Source: an uncultured Rikenellaceae bacterium (GTDB lineage Bacteria > Bacteroidota > Bacteroidia > Bacteroidales > VadinHA17). From it: 37,403 nt of DNA. Under the pieces are notes generated by a model. It was not told the origin of the DNA, ran no database searches, and was given only the letters and a program-made list of their open reading frames with translations. Shown piece by piece: positions 16,323 to 24,942 of this stretch (position 1 is its first letter; each line of letters opens with the position of its first letter). The stretch spans positions 1 to 37,403 of the forward strand of contig CAZYPI010000005.1 of NCBI GenBank assembly GCA_964649335.1, written 5' to 3'. A program made the translations under genes and the position numbers.

Positions 16323-17408
16323 ATGAGCAAGAACATGATTCTGGAAAAACTGGAAGGCGTCAGGGAGCGGTTTGAGGCAGTGTCGCGTGAGCTTTCCGAT
16401 CCTGCCGTCATGTCGGACATGAAGCGTTATATCAGACTGAACAAGGAATACAAGGAACTGGAACCGATCATCACTGCCTATAAGGAATACAAAGACCTAT
16501 TGAGCAATATAGATACGGCCCGGCAAATGCTGGCCGAGGAAAAGGACGAGGAGATGCGTGAAATGGCCCGTCAGGAGATGGAGGAGTGGCAGGGCCGGAT
16601 AGAGCCCCTCGAAGAAAAAATAAAACTGCTCCTCGTGCCGGCCGACCCCGAAGACAAGAAAGATGCCATCGTGGAGATACGTGCCGGCACAGGAGGTGAT
16701 GAAGCCAGCATCTTTGCCGGCGACCTTTTCCGCATGTACTCCAAGTTTGCCGAAAACAAGGGATGGAAAATAGAAATAAACCGCTTTACGGAAGGAACAG
16801 CCGGAGGATACAAGGAGATCGTCTTCACGGTAAGGGGTGACGGCGTGTACGGGATTATGAAGTATGAATCGGGGGTTCACCGTGTACAGCGCGTCCCCCA
16901 GACCGAGACCCAGGGGCGGGTGCACACGTCCGCCGCCACCGTGGCCGTGTTGCCCGAGGCCGAAGAGTTCGACATAGAGATCAAACCCGAAGATGTGCGG
17001 AAGGACACCTATTGCTCCTCCGGCCCCGGCGGACAATCGGTCAACACCACTTATTCCGCCATACGCCTGACACATATCCCCACAGGCATCGTGGTTACCT
17101 GCCAGGATGAAAAATCCCAGCTGAAAAACCTCGACAAAGCCATGTCCGAACTGCGCACCCGTCTTTACAACCTGGAATACCGGAAGTATCTCGATGATAT
17201 CGCTACCAAAAGAAGGACCATGGTCTCCACCGGCGACCGCTCCGCCAAGATACGCACATACAACTACCCCCAGGGAAGGGTCACCGACCACCGCATCAAC
17301 CTCACGCTCTATAACCTGCAGTCGATACTGAACGGAGACCTCAACGAACTGATCGATAAGCTGCAGATGGCCGAAAATGCCGAGAGACTCAAAGAGAGTG
17401 AAATATAA
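16323..17408 (+). CDS. prfA: Peptide chain release factor 1
   Basis: [25 protein letters not shown] (PxT motif of RF1), GPGGQSVN and [14 protein letters not shown]. Confidence 0.98.
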   Translation: MSKNMILEKLEGVRERFEAVSRELSDPAVMSDMKRYIRLNKEYKELEPIITAYKEYKDLLSNIDTARQMLAEEKDEEMREMARQEMEEWQGRIEPLEEKIKLLLVPADPEDKKDAIVEIRAGTGGDEASIFAGDLFRMYSKFAENKGWKIEINRFTEGTAGGYKEIVFTVRGDGVYGIMKYESGVHRVQRVPQTETQGRVHTSAATVAVLPEAEEFDIEIKPEDVRKDTYCSSGPGGQSVNTTYSAIRLTHIPTGIVVTCQDEKSQLKNLDKAMSELRTRLYNLEYRKYLDDIATKRRTMVSTGDRSAKIRTYNYPQGRVTDHRINLTLYNLQSILNGDLNELIDKLQMAENAERLKESEI

Positions 17409-17469
17409 TCAACCAACCGAAAGAAAAAATGTTTATCTTTAAATCCTTTCACCAATAAAACTTTTAACC

Positions 17470-18354
17470 ATGAAACGTTCTTTTTTTATCATCCTGATGC
17501 TGGCCGGAATTGTCCTGACTACCGGCATGAACTCCTGTAAATCCAAAAACACCAAATCCACGGAGAAGTCCGCCACCACAACCACCGTCACTCCGGAGGA
17601 CCTGGGGTGGAAACTGGCAGTGCAATGCTGGACATTCAAAGAATACACTTTTGCCGAGGCCCTGCAAAAGATCAAAGAACTGGGGCTGAAATATGTTGAG
17701 ATGTTTCCGGGGCAAAAAATCGGCGGCGGATATGAGGGAACCACCCTTTTCACCGCCGACGCCGATGCCCGTGCCGCCATGAAGAAACTCCTCAAAGAAA
17801 ACGGCCTGACACTGGTCAACTATGGCGTGGTTCGGGGAAAAACCGACGAGGAGTGGAAACAGATCTTTGATTTTGCCAAAGATATGGGAATACAAACCCT
17901 CACCTCCGAACCCACTCCCGACCAGCTCGATTATGTTGAGAAGCTGTGTGATGAATATGGCATCAACATAGCCATTCACAACCATCCCAAACCCTCTTTC
18001 TACTGGAACCCCGACACGGTGTTGAAATATGTGAAAGGACGTTCCGAAAGAATCGGTGCCTGCGCCGATGTGGGTCACTGGGTACGTTCAGGCCTCGATC
18101 CCGTCGAATGCCTGAAAAAACTGGACGGCCGTATCATCAGCCTGCACTTCAAAGACCTGAATGAAAAATCCAGAGAAGCCCATGACGTACCCTGGGGAAC
18201 CGGGATATCCAACGTGCCGGCCATGCTGAAGGTGCTGAAAGACCAGGGATTCAAAGGTGTTTTCAGCATAGAATACGAATACCACTGGAAAACTTCCATG
18301 CCCGAAATCCGCGAATCCATCAAAAACTTCAATAAAATCGTTTCGGAGCTCTGA
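17470..18354 (+). CDS. Sugar-phosphate isomerase/epimerase (xylose-isomerase-like TIM barrel) lipoprotein
   Basis: Lipobox GMNSC, Thr-rich linker, and AIHNH, ADVGHW, LHFKD and SIEYE metal-binding motifs. Confidence 0.85.
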   Translation: MKRSFFIILMLAGIVLTTGMNSCKSKNTKSTEKSATTTTVTPEDLGWKLAVQCWTFKEYTFAEALQKIKELGLKYVEMFPGQKIGGGYEGTTLFTADADARAAMKKLLKENGLTLVNYGVVRGKTDEEWKQIFDFAKDMGIQTLTSEPTPDQLDYVEKLCDEYGINIAIHNHPKPSFYWNPDTVLKYVKGRSERIGACADVGHWVRSGLDPVECLKKLDGRIISLHFKDLNEKSREAHDVPWGTGISNVPAMLKVLKDQGFKGVFSIEYEYHWKTSMPEIRESIKNFNKIVSEL

Positions 18355-18374
18355 TCCCTGTTTATCGTTCCCGG

Positions 18375-19208
18375 ATGGACATCGATACCTTATTTAATAA
18401 TATACGCAGGAAAAAGAGTTTTCTGTGTATCGGGCTGGATACGGATATAAAAAAGATCCCGCACTACCTGCTGGAGGCTAAAGATCCTGTATTTGAGTTC
18501 AACAAACGGATCATTGATGCCACACTTCCTTATGCCGTGGCCTACAAGCCGAACACCGCCTTTTATGAGGTGAACGGCGAGGCGGGATGGCGCACCCTGC
18601 AAAAAACCATCGCCTGGATCCGGGAAAAGGATCCTTCTGTTTTCATCATTGCCGATGCCAAACGGGGAGACATAGGCAACACCTCCCGCCTGTATGCCCG
18701 GGCCTTTTTCGAGACGCTGGATGCAGATGCCCTGACGGTAGCCCCTTACATGGGGAGGGACTCCGTCCTTCCTTTTCTGGAATATGAGGACAAGTGGGTG
18801 ATTCTGCTGGCGCTGACCTCCAATCCCGGTGCCGAGGATTTTCAGTTTTTTTACAGTGAAAAAGAACAAAAACATCTTTACCAAAAGGTGTTACAGGAAG
18901 CCTCTTCCTGGGCGCCGCCCGGCCGCATGATGTTTGTCACCGGCGCCACGCGGGCCGAGAAGCTGACGGACATAAGAAAATGGGTGCCCCGTCACTTCTT
19001 GCTGGTGCCCGGCGTGGGCGCCCAGGGCGGCAGTCTGGAAGAGGTGGCCCGGTATGGTATGAACGAACAGTGCGGCCTGCTGGTCAACTCCTCCCGCGGC
19101 ATCATCTATGCCGGACACGAAAAGGACTTCGCCATGAAAGCCGCCGCGGCTGCCCGGGACCTGCAACAACAGATGGAACAACAGCTCCGGCAAAAAGGGA
19201 TTATCTGA
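18375..19208 (+). CDS. pyrF: Orotidine-5'-phosphate decarboxylase
   Basis: [37 protein letters not shown] and NSSRGI motifs. Confidence 0.97.
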   Translation: MDIDTLFNNIRRKKSFLCIGLDTDIKKIPHYLLEAKDPVFEFNKRIIDATLPYAVAYKPNTAFYEVNGEAGWRTLQKTIAWIREKDPSVFIIADAKRGDIGNTSRLYARAFFETLDADALTVAPYMGRDSVLPFLEYEDKWVILLALTSNPGAEDFQFFYSEKEQKHLYQKVLQEASSWAPPGRMMFVTGATRAEKLTDIRKWVPRHFLLVPGVGAQGGSLEEVARYGMNEQCGLLVNSSRGIIYAGHEKDFAMKAAAAARDLQQQMEQQLRQKGII

Positions 19209-19215
19209 ACGTATC

Positions 19216-20505
19216 ATGTCTCTCCCGAAGGAAGAACTGTTACATTTTATCTGGCAGCAAAAGCTGTATGACACCGGAAAAATGTTCACCGCCGGCGGTG
19301 AACCGCTGGAGGTGATCTCCCCCGGACAGCCCAACAAAGACGAAGGACCCGATTTTCTGGAGGCCCGCGTCCGGATTGGCGATATGCTGTGGGCCGGCAA
19401 TGTGGAGATACACAAAAAAGCCTCCGACTGGTTCCGCCATGGCCATCTCCATGACCCCCTGTACGACTCCGTGATCCTGCATGTGGTCCTGGAAAACGAT
19501 AACCCGGTCACCCGTTCCAACGGCGAGGTGATCCCCGCTTTCGAACTCTCCTTCGACCCTGCCCTGCAGGAAAAGTACGAGTCCCTGATGAAAAAACACA
19601 GCTGGGTGGCCTGCCGGGACGACCTCCACCGCATCGACCCTTTTGTCGTCAAACACTGGCTGGGAAGTCTGGTAATCGAACGGCTGGAGCAACATACCGC
19701 CGGCATACGGCAGGAACTGGAAGAGACCGGGAACGACTGGGAAGAAGTACTCTACCGTTTTCTGGCACGGGGATTCGGGCTAAAGGTGAATGCCCGGCCT
19801 TTTTACCTGACCGCCCGTTCGCTGCCTCTGAAATACCTGGCCAAACACCGGGATAACCTGATGCAGGTGGAAGCCATGCTGTTCGGGCAGGCCGGCCTGC
19901 TGGACGACAGCCTCTTCGGGGACGATTATTACGAGTCGTTGAAAAAAGAATATCATTATCTGCAAAAAAAATTCTCCCTTACGCCTGTCGCCGGCCCTTA
20001 CTGGCGGCAGATGCGCATGCGCCCTTCCGCTTTCCCTGCCATACGCATCGCCCAGTTTGCCCGTTTCATCCACCGCCACGAACATGTTTTCTCCAGGGTA
20101 ATGCACAACCCCACCCTCCCGCAATTGGAATCGCTGTTCAACATCACCCTTGACGGATACTGGGACACCCATTACCTGTTCAACAAACCTTCCAAAAAAC
20201 AAAAAAAGAGCTTTGGGAAACAGGCCTTCCGCACCCTGATGATCAACGTGATCATCCCTTTTTATTTCATCCACGGCAAGATCACGGGAAACGATGAGCT
20301 CAGGGAAAAAGCACTGGACCTGCTGGAAAAAATGCCGGCTGAAAAAAACCGCATCATCCGTTTGTGGGAAGAAACAGGGATCCATGCCGGCAATGCCTTT
20401 TATTCGCAGGCATTGCTGCAACTGAAAAACTCCTATTGCAACCCGGGCAGGTGCCTGGAGTGTCGCATCGGCATGAAAGTGATGACACACGGCCTCCCCC
20501 GCTGA
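19216..20505 (+). CDS. DUF2851 family protein
   Basis: EELLHFIWQ, GPDF, WAGNVEIH, SDWFRHGH, ILHVV, RMRPSAFPAIRIAQ, and C-terminal C-x4-C-x2-C. Confidence 0.88.
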   Translation: MSLPKEELLHFIWQQKLYDTGKMFTAGGEPLEVISPGQPNKDEGPDFLEARVRIGDMLWAGNVEIHKKASDWFRHGHLHDPLYDSVILHVVLENDNPVTRSNGEVIPAFELSFDPALQEKYESLMKKHSWVACRDDLHRIDPFVVKHWLGSLVIERLEQHTAGIRQELEETGNDWEEVLYRFLARGFGLKVNARPFYLTARSLPLKYLAKHRDNLMQVEAMLFGQAGLLDDSLFGDDYYESLKKEYHYLQKKFSLTPVAGPYWRQMRMRPSAFPAIRIAQFARFIHRHEHVFSRVMHNPTLPQLESLFNITLDGYWDTHYLFNKPSKKQKKSFGKQAFRTLMINVIIPFYFIHGKITGNDELREKALDLLEKMPAEKNRIIRLWEETGIHAGNAFYSQALLQLKNSYCNPGRCLECRIGMKVMTHGLPR

Positions 20506-20516
20506 AAAAATTTCCT

Positions 20517-20524
20517 TACTTTTG
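20517..20524 (+). promoter_or_regulatory. -7 promoter box for the K+ channel gene
   Basis: TACTTTTG, 27 nt upstream of ATG 20552. Confidence 0.55.
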
Positions 20525-20551
20525 TTTTTTTCACAACCTCCTGCTCACACC

Positions 20552-21592
20552 ATGCACAGGCATCAGATCACATCGGAAACGGAAAGCAGCAAATTGTCCC
20601 TGCGTCTGGCCATCATCCTGCTGATAGCCCTGGTCACTCTCGGGATATCGGGATACATGGTGCTGGAAGGCTATTCTTTTTTGGATGCTTTTTACATGAC
20701 CATGATCACGGTATCCACCGTAGGGTTCAGGGAAGTGAAAACGCTCTCCGACCCCGGAAAGATCTTTACCATCTTGCTGATCATCTTCAGTTTTGGTATC
20801 TTCGTCTTCGCGATCTCCAACCTGACGCGCTATTTGCTGGAGGGGATCTTCAGAAACACTTTTTTATTAAAACGAATAAAAAACAAAATCAGGAAATTGG
20901 AAAATCATATCATTTTATGCGGTTACGGCCGCAACGGCCGGCAGGCAGCCAAAGAGCTGAAGGATCACGGAAAAGATTTCGTGGTGATCGAGAACAACCC
21001 GCTCCATTTGGAAGATCTGGAGGACGAGCGGAATTTTCTGGTCATTGAGGGTGACGCCACCCAGGAGGAAGTGTTGCTGGAGGCGGGGCTGCAACGGTCC
21101 GGAGCCCTCATCACCACCCTGCCCAACGATGCGGATAATCTTCTGATCGTCATCACGGCACGCCAGTTCAACCCCGGCATGACCATTATCAGCAGAGCCT
21201 CCGACGAACGGGCCGAGAAAAAACTGAAACGCGCCGGCGCCACCAATGTCATCATGTCGGATAAAATCGGCGGACAAAGAATGGCCAAGCTGGTTGTCCA
21301 GCCCGACGTAGTGGAGTTCCTCGAGAAGATCATGCTGCAAAGCACCTCCGACGTGAACCTCGAAGAGATATCCTGCGACGAAATGTGCACTCTGTTTCAC
21401 CACAAATCTATCCGGGAACTGGGCATACGCAATAAATCCGGCGCCAATATCATCGGCATGAAGAAAAATGAAGAGTACCTGTTCAACCCCGACCCGGATG
21501 TGATCCTCGATAAAACGGATAAACTCTTTGTCCTGGGCGATCCGGAGCAGATCGCCCTGATGAAAAAACTTCTCCGCCAGGGAGAGATATAA
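20552..21592 (+). CDS. Two-TM potassium channel protein with RCK (TrkA-N/TrkA-C) domains
   Basis: Pore helix DAFYMTMITVSTVGFRE; RCK motif ILCGYGRNG; GDAT; C-terminal TrkA-C domain. Confidence 0.9.
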   Translation: MHRHQITSETESSKLSLRLAIILLIALVTLGISGYMVLEGYSFLDAFYMTMITVSTVGFREVKTLSDPGKIFTILLIIFSFGIFVFAISNLTRYLLEGIFRNTFLLKRIKNKIRKLENHIILCGYGRNGRQAAKELKDHGKDFVVIENNPLHLEDLEDERNFLVIEGDATQEEVLLEAGLQRSGALITTLPNDADNLLIVITARQFNPGMTIISRASDERAEKKLKRAGATNVIMSDKIGGQRMAKLVVQPDVVEFLEKIMLQSTSDVNLEEISCDEMCTLFHHKSIRELGIRNKSGANIIGMKKNEEYLFNPDPDVILDKTDKLFVLGDPEQIALMKKLLRQGEI

Positions 21593-21677
21593 CCCCCGGG
21601 AGCTCCAGGCAAACCCTTGTTTTTCAAATAATCCGAATAAATTTTCTCCGGGATGTTGGTTTAATTAAAAAAAACCG

Positions 21678-21685
21678 TAATTTTG
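21678..21685 (+). promoter_or_regulatory. -7 promoter box for rpsO
   Basis: TAATTTTG, which contains the TTG that the ORF track used as the start. Confidence 0.7.
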
Positions 21686-21733
21686 CAAATCCTTTATAAC
21701 GGGTTTATAAATCGTTTAAAGAGTAGCAGAATT

Positions 21734-22003
21734 AAGTATTTAACGGCAGAAAAGAAACAGGAATTTTTCAAAAAGTATGGGAAGTCGGCAGAAGATACCG
21801 GCTCAATTGAAGGACAGATCGCTCTGTTTACCTTCCGGATCGCTCATTTGACAGAGCATCTGAAAAAGAACAAAAAAGACTATTCCACACAGCGTGCCTT
21901 GCTGAAGCTTGTCGGCAAACGCCGCAGGCTGCTTGATTATCTGAAACAAAGGGATATAGAACGTTACAGGAGTCTCATCAAAGATCTAAAGATCAGAAAG
22001 TAA
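21734..22003 (+). CDS. rpsO: 30S ribosomal protein S15 (no ATG at the expected start; AAG, or ATT at 21731)
   Basis: YLTAEKKQE...DTGSIEGQIALFT...HLTEHLK...RRRLLDYL. There are 89 codons from 21734, the usual S15 length. Confidence 0.95.
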   Translation, partial: KYLTAEKKQEFFKKYGKSAEDTGSIEGQIALFTFRIAHLTEHLKKNKKDYSTQRALLKLVGKRRRLLDYLKQRDIERYRSLIKDLKIRK

Positions 22004-22011
22004 ACAAAGGG

Positions 22012-22039
22012 AGGCAATTGATACCGATTGCCTTTTTTT
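22012..22039 (+). terminator. Intrinsic terminator between rpsO and pnp
   Basis: AGGCAATTG-ATAC-CGATTGCCT followed by a T-run. Confidence 0.8.
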
Positions 22040-22090
22040 GTATTTTATTCAATCAATATTCAATTCATCAGTATTTAATTTATTCACACA

Positions 22091-24325
22091 ATGTCAGATA
22101 TTTATACAAAAACGATCGATCTGGGCGACGGCCGTGAGATCGTGCTGGAAACAGGCAGGCTTGCGCGGCAGGCCGACGGGGCCGTTCTTCTGAAGATGGG
22201 ACGCACCATGTTGCTGGCCACCGTCGTCTCGGCCAAAGAAGCCAGAGAAGATGTGGACTTTATGCCCCTCTCCGTCGATTACAAGGAAAAATTCGCCAGC
22301 CTGGGACGTATCCCCGGCGGTTTTATGAAAAGGGAGGCCCGCCCCTCCGATTATGAGGTGCTGGTGGCCCGTCTTGTGGACCGCGTGCTGAGACCTTTGT
22401 TCCCGGAAGATTACCATGCCGATACCTTTGTCAATATCAACCTGATCTCCGCCGATAAAGACACCATGCCAGACGCCCTGGCCGGACTGGCTGCCTCGGC
22501 AGCGCTGGCCGTTTCCGACGTGCCTATTCAGGAACCCATCTCCGAAGTGAGGGTGGGCAGAATGAACGGCGAGTTCATTATCAACCCTTCTTTCTCCCAA
22601 CTGGAAGAGTGTGACATAGACATCATCGTCGGCGCCACCAAAGACAACATCATGATGGTCGAAGGTGAAATGAAAGAGGTCTCCGAAGCGGATATGCTCG
22701 AAGCCATGAAATTCGCTCACGAAGCCATCAAGAAACAATGCCGGGCACAGGAAGAAATGATGAAAGACCTGAACATTGTGAAAAGGGAATATCAAGGGGA
22801 TGAAGACGATGAAGTCCTGAAAGAAAAAGTGGAAAAGGAAACCTACGACAAGGTGTATGCCATTGCCAAAGAAGCCATCCCCGATAAGCATAAACGGACG
22901 GATGCGTTCGACCGCGTGCGGGAGGATTTTCTCTCACAATACAGCGAAGAAGAGCGGGCAGAGGTGGAGCCCCTGGTAAAAAAATATTTCCACGACATAC
23001 ATAAAAGGGCGGTGCGCCGTCTGATCCTGGACGAAGGGATCCGTCTCGACGGCCGGAAAACCGACCAGATCAGGCCCATCACCTGCGAGGTGGATTTCCT
23101 CCCGGCGGCCCATGGCTCCGCTCTTTTCACCCGCGGAGAGACCCAGTCGCTGACCACCGTGACCCTGGGCACCAAGCTGGATGAGAAGATCATTGATGAG
23201 GTGCTGGTGCAGGGCACCGAGAAGTTTGTGCTGCATTACAACTTCCCGCCTTTCTCCACGGGCGATGCCCGTCCCAACAGGGGCGTAAGCCGCCGCGAGA
23301 TCGGCCACGGCAACCTGGCCCACCGCGCTCTGAAGAATATGCTGCCGCCCGAAAGCGAAGTGCCGTACGCCATACGTGTGGTGTCCGACATCCTCGAATC
23401 CAACGGCTCTTCTTCCATGGCTACCGTATGTGCCGGCACCCTGGCGCTGATGGATGCCGGGATACAGATAAAAAAACCGGTCTCGGGGATCGCCATGGGG
23501 CTGATCACCGACAGCGACAGCGGGAAATATGCCGTTCTCTCCGATATCCTGGGCGATGAGGACCACCTGGGAGATATGGACTTCAAGGTAGCCGGCACAC
23601 GCGACGGCATCACCGCCACACAGATGGACATCAAAGTGGACGGCCTCTCTTACGAGATCCTGGAAAAAGCACTCGCCCAGGCCAAAGAGGGCAGACTGCA
23701 TATTCTGGACATCATGGAAAACACCATAGATGAACCCAGGCCCGATCTCAAGCCGCACGCCCCCAGGATCATACAGATGACCATCCCGAAAGAGATGATC
23801 GGCCCGCTGATCGGCCCCGGAGGAAAGATCGTCCAGGAGATCCAGCGCGAAACCAATACCACCATCGTGATCGAGGAGATCAGTGAAGTGGGCGTGGTGG
23901 ATATCTATGGGGAGAACAAGGAAGCCATAGACAAAGCCGTCAAACGCGTCAACGATATCGTGGCCCTGCCCGAGGTGGGTGCTACCTATAAAGGCATCGT
24001 CAAATCCATCGTGCCCTTTGGCGCCTTCGTAGAAATCATGCCCGGCAAAGAAGGATTGCTGCATATCTCCGAAATCGCCTGGAAAAGAGTCAATGACGTG
24101 AATGACATCCTGAAAGAAGGTGAAGAAGTGGAAGTGAAACTCATCGGCCAGGATGAGAAAAACGGGAAAATGAAACTCTCCATGAGAGCCCTTCAGCCCA
24201 AACCCGAAAACTACCGGGAGGAACACCGGGATCACCGCCCGCACCGGGACCACCGGGATCACCGGGATCACAGAAGATCACACGGCCCCTCCCACAGGCA
24301 TGACAAACCCGGGGATTCCAATTAA
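22091..24325 (+). CDS. pnp: Polyribonucleotide nucleotidyltransferase (PNPase)
   Basis: [30 protein letters not shown] and [10 protein letters not shown] motifs; KH (IGPGGK) and S1 domains; follows rpsO. Confidence 0.98.
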   Translation: MSDIYTKTIDLGDGREIVLETGRLARQADGAVLLKMGRTMLLATVVSAKEAREDVDFMPLSVDYKEKFASLGRIPGGFMKREARPSDYEVLVARLVDRVLRPLFPEDYHADTFVNINLISADKDTMPDALAGLAASAALAVSDVPIQEPISEVRVGRMNGEFIINPSFSQLEECDIDIIVGATKDNIMMVEGEMKEVSEADMLEAMKFAHEAIKKQCRAQEEMMKDLNIVKREYQGDEDDEVLKEKVEKETYDKVYAIAKEAIPDKHKRTDAFDRVREDFLSQYSEEERAEVEPLVKKYFHDIHKRAVRRLILDEGIRLDGRKTDQIRPITCEVDFLPAAHGSALFTRGETQSLTTVTLGTKLDEKIIDEVLVQGTEKFVLHYNFPPFSTGDARPNRGVSRREIGHGNLAHRALKNMLPPESEVPYAIRVVSDILESNGSSSMATVCAGTLALMDAGIQIKKPVSGIAMGLITDSDSGKYAVLSDILGDEDHLGDMDFKVAGTRDGITATQMDIKVDGLSYEILEKALAQAKEGRLHILDIMENTIDEPRPDLKPHAPRIIQMTIPKEMIGPLIGPGGKIVQEIQRETNTTIVIEEISEVGVVDIYGENKEAIDKAVKRVNDIVALPEVGATYKGIVKSIVPFGAFVEIMPGKEGLLHISEIAWKRVNDVNDILKEGEEVEVKLIGQDEKNGKMKLSMRALQPKPENYREEHRDHRPHRDHRDHRDHRRSHGPSHRHDKPGDSN
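24224..24277 (+). repeat. In-frame 9-bp tandem repeat (CACCGGGAY) encoding the HRD repeats of the PNPase tail
   Basis: CACCGGGAT CACCGCCCG CACCGGGAC CACCGGGAT CACCGGGAT CACAGAAGA. Confidence 0.8.
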
Positions 24326-24348
24326 TTTTTGGGAAACAATATGCAATC

Positions 24349-24376
24349 AGGTCATGAATTTTCATGACCTTTTTTT
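24349..24376 (+). terminator. Intrinsic terminator of pnp
   Basis: AGGTCATGAA-TT-TTCATGACCT followed by a T-run. Confidence 0.8.
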
Positions 24377-24398
24377 GTATCTTTCACCCTCATTTAGC

Positions 24399-24902
24399 AT
24401 GGACAGGATGGAAAAACGTTCGGAAAAAATGGAGCCGGCCCTCCGAAATATGAAGCTGCCCGTCATGAAAGGCAGGTTCCTGCGCCTGGACCGTTTCCTG
24501 CGCATGACCGATAACCTGGACCATCAGCCCTACTGCCCGGAATGCCGCTCCCTGGCAGACAATGCGGAAAAACTGGCCGGGCAATCCGTACAAAACGAAG
24601 ATGAGTTCCGGACCTTCGAAATAAAGTACCTGGATCTTTTCGGGAAGATCAACGATCATCTGAAAACATCCCACGGCTACCGCATCCCCAACTATTTCCT
24701 CTCCCTCTATACCCTGATCTATGCCCTGGTGGGGACAGGGGCCGGATTGTTCGTCGTGTATATGGGCCATAGCGGGGATTTCGGAGACTGGAGCTACGGC
24801 ACCGGCGGACTGCTGGGCTTTATCGCCGGCGTGATCACCGGCCGCATCACCGGGCACCGCAAAGACCGGCAAATGAAAACGGAACATAAAAACCTCTACT
24901 GA
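24399..24902 (+). CDS. Hypothetical membrane protein with CxxC and two C-terminal Gly-rich TM helices
   Basis: YCPECR; TM segments LYTLIYALVGTGAGLFVVY and GGLLGFIAGVITG. Start set at the first ATG after the pnp terminator. Confidence 0.7.
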   Translation: MDRMEKRSEKMEPALRNMKLPVMKGRFLRLDRFLRMTDNLDHQPYCPECRSLADNAEKLAGQSVQNEDEFRTFEIKYLDLFGKINDHLKTSHGYRIPNYFLSLYTLIYALVGTGAGLFVVYMGHSGDFGDWSYGTGGLLGFIAGVITGRITGHRKDRQMKTEHKNLY

Positions 24903-24942
24903 AAAACATGAACAAAGGATTCCCTGAAAAAAATATTTTATC

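Noticed and set aside
16323-17408. Programmed frameshift in the release factor gene
   Set aside because: The gene encodes RF1 (PxT motif) in one continuous frame. The +1 frameshift is a prfB feature.
21683-21730. TTG start giving a 106-aa S15 (also the TTG starts at 20522 and 30707)
   Set aside because: Each TTG is the end of a TAnnTTTG -7 promoter box and lies upstream of the expected transcription start.
24300-24398. N-terminal extension of the hypothetical membrane protein
   Set aside because: It overlaps the end of pnp and runs through the pnp terminator.
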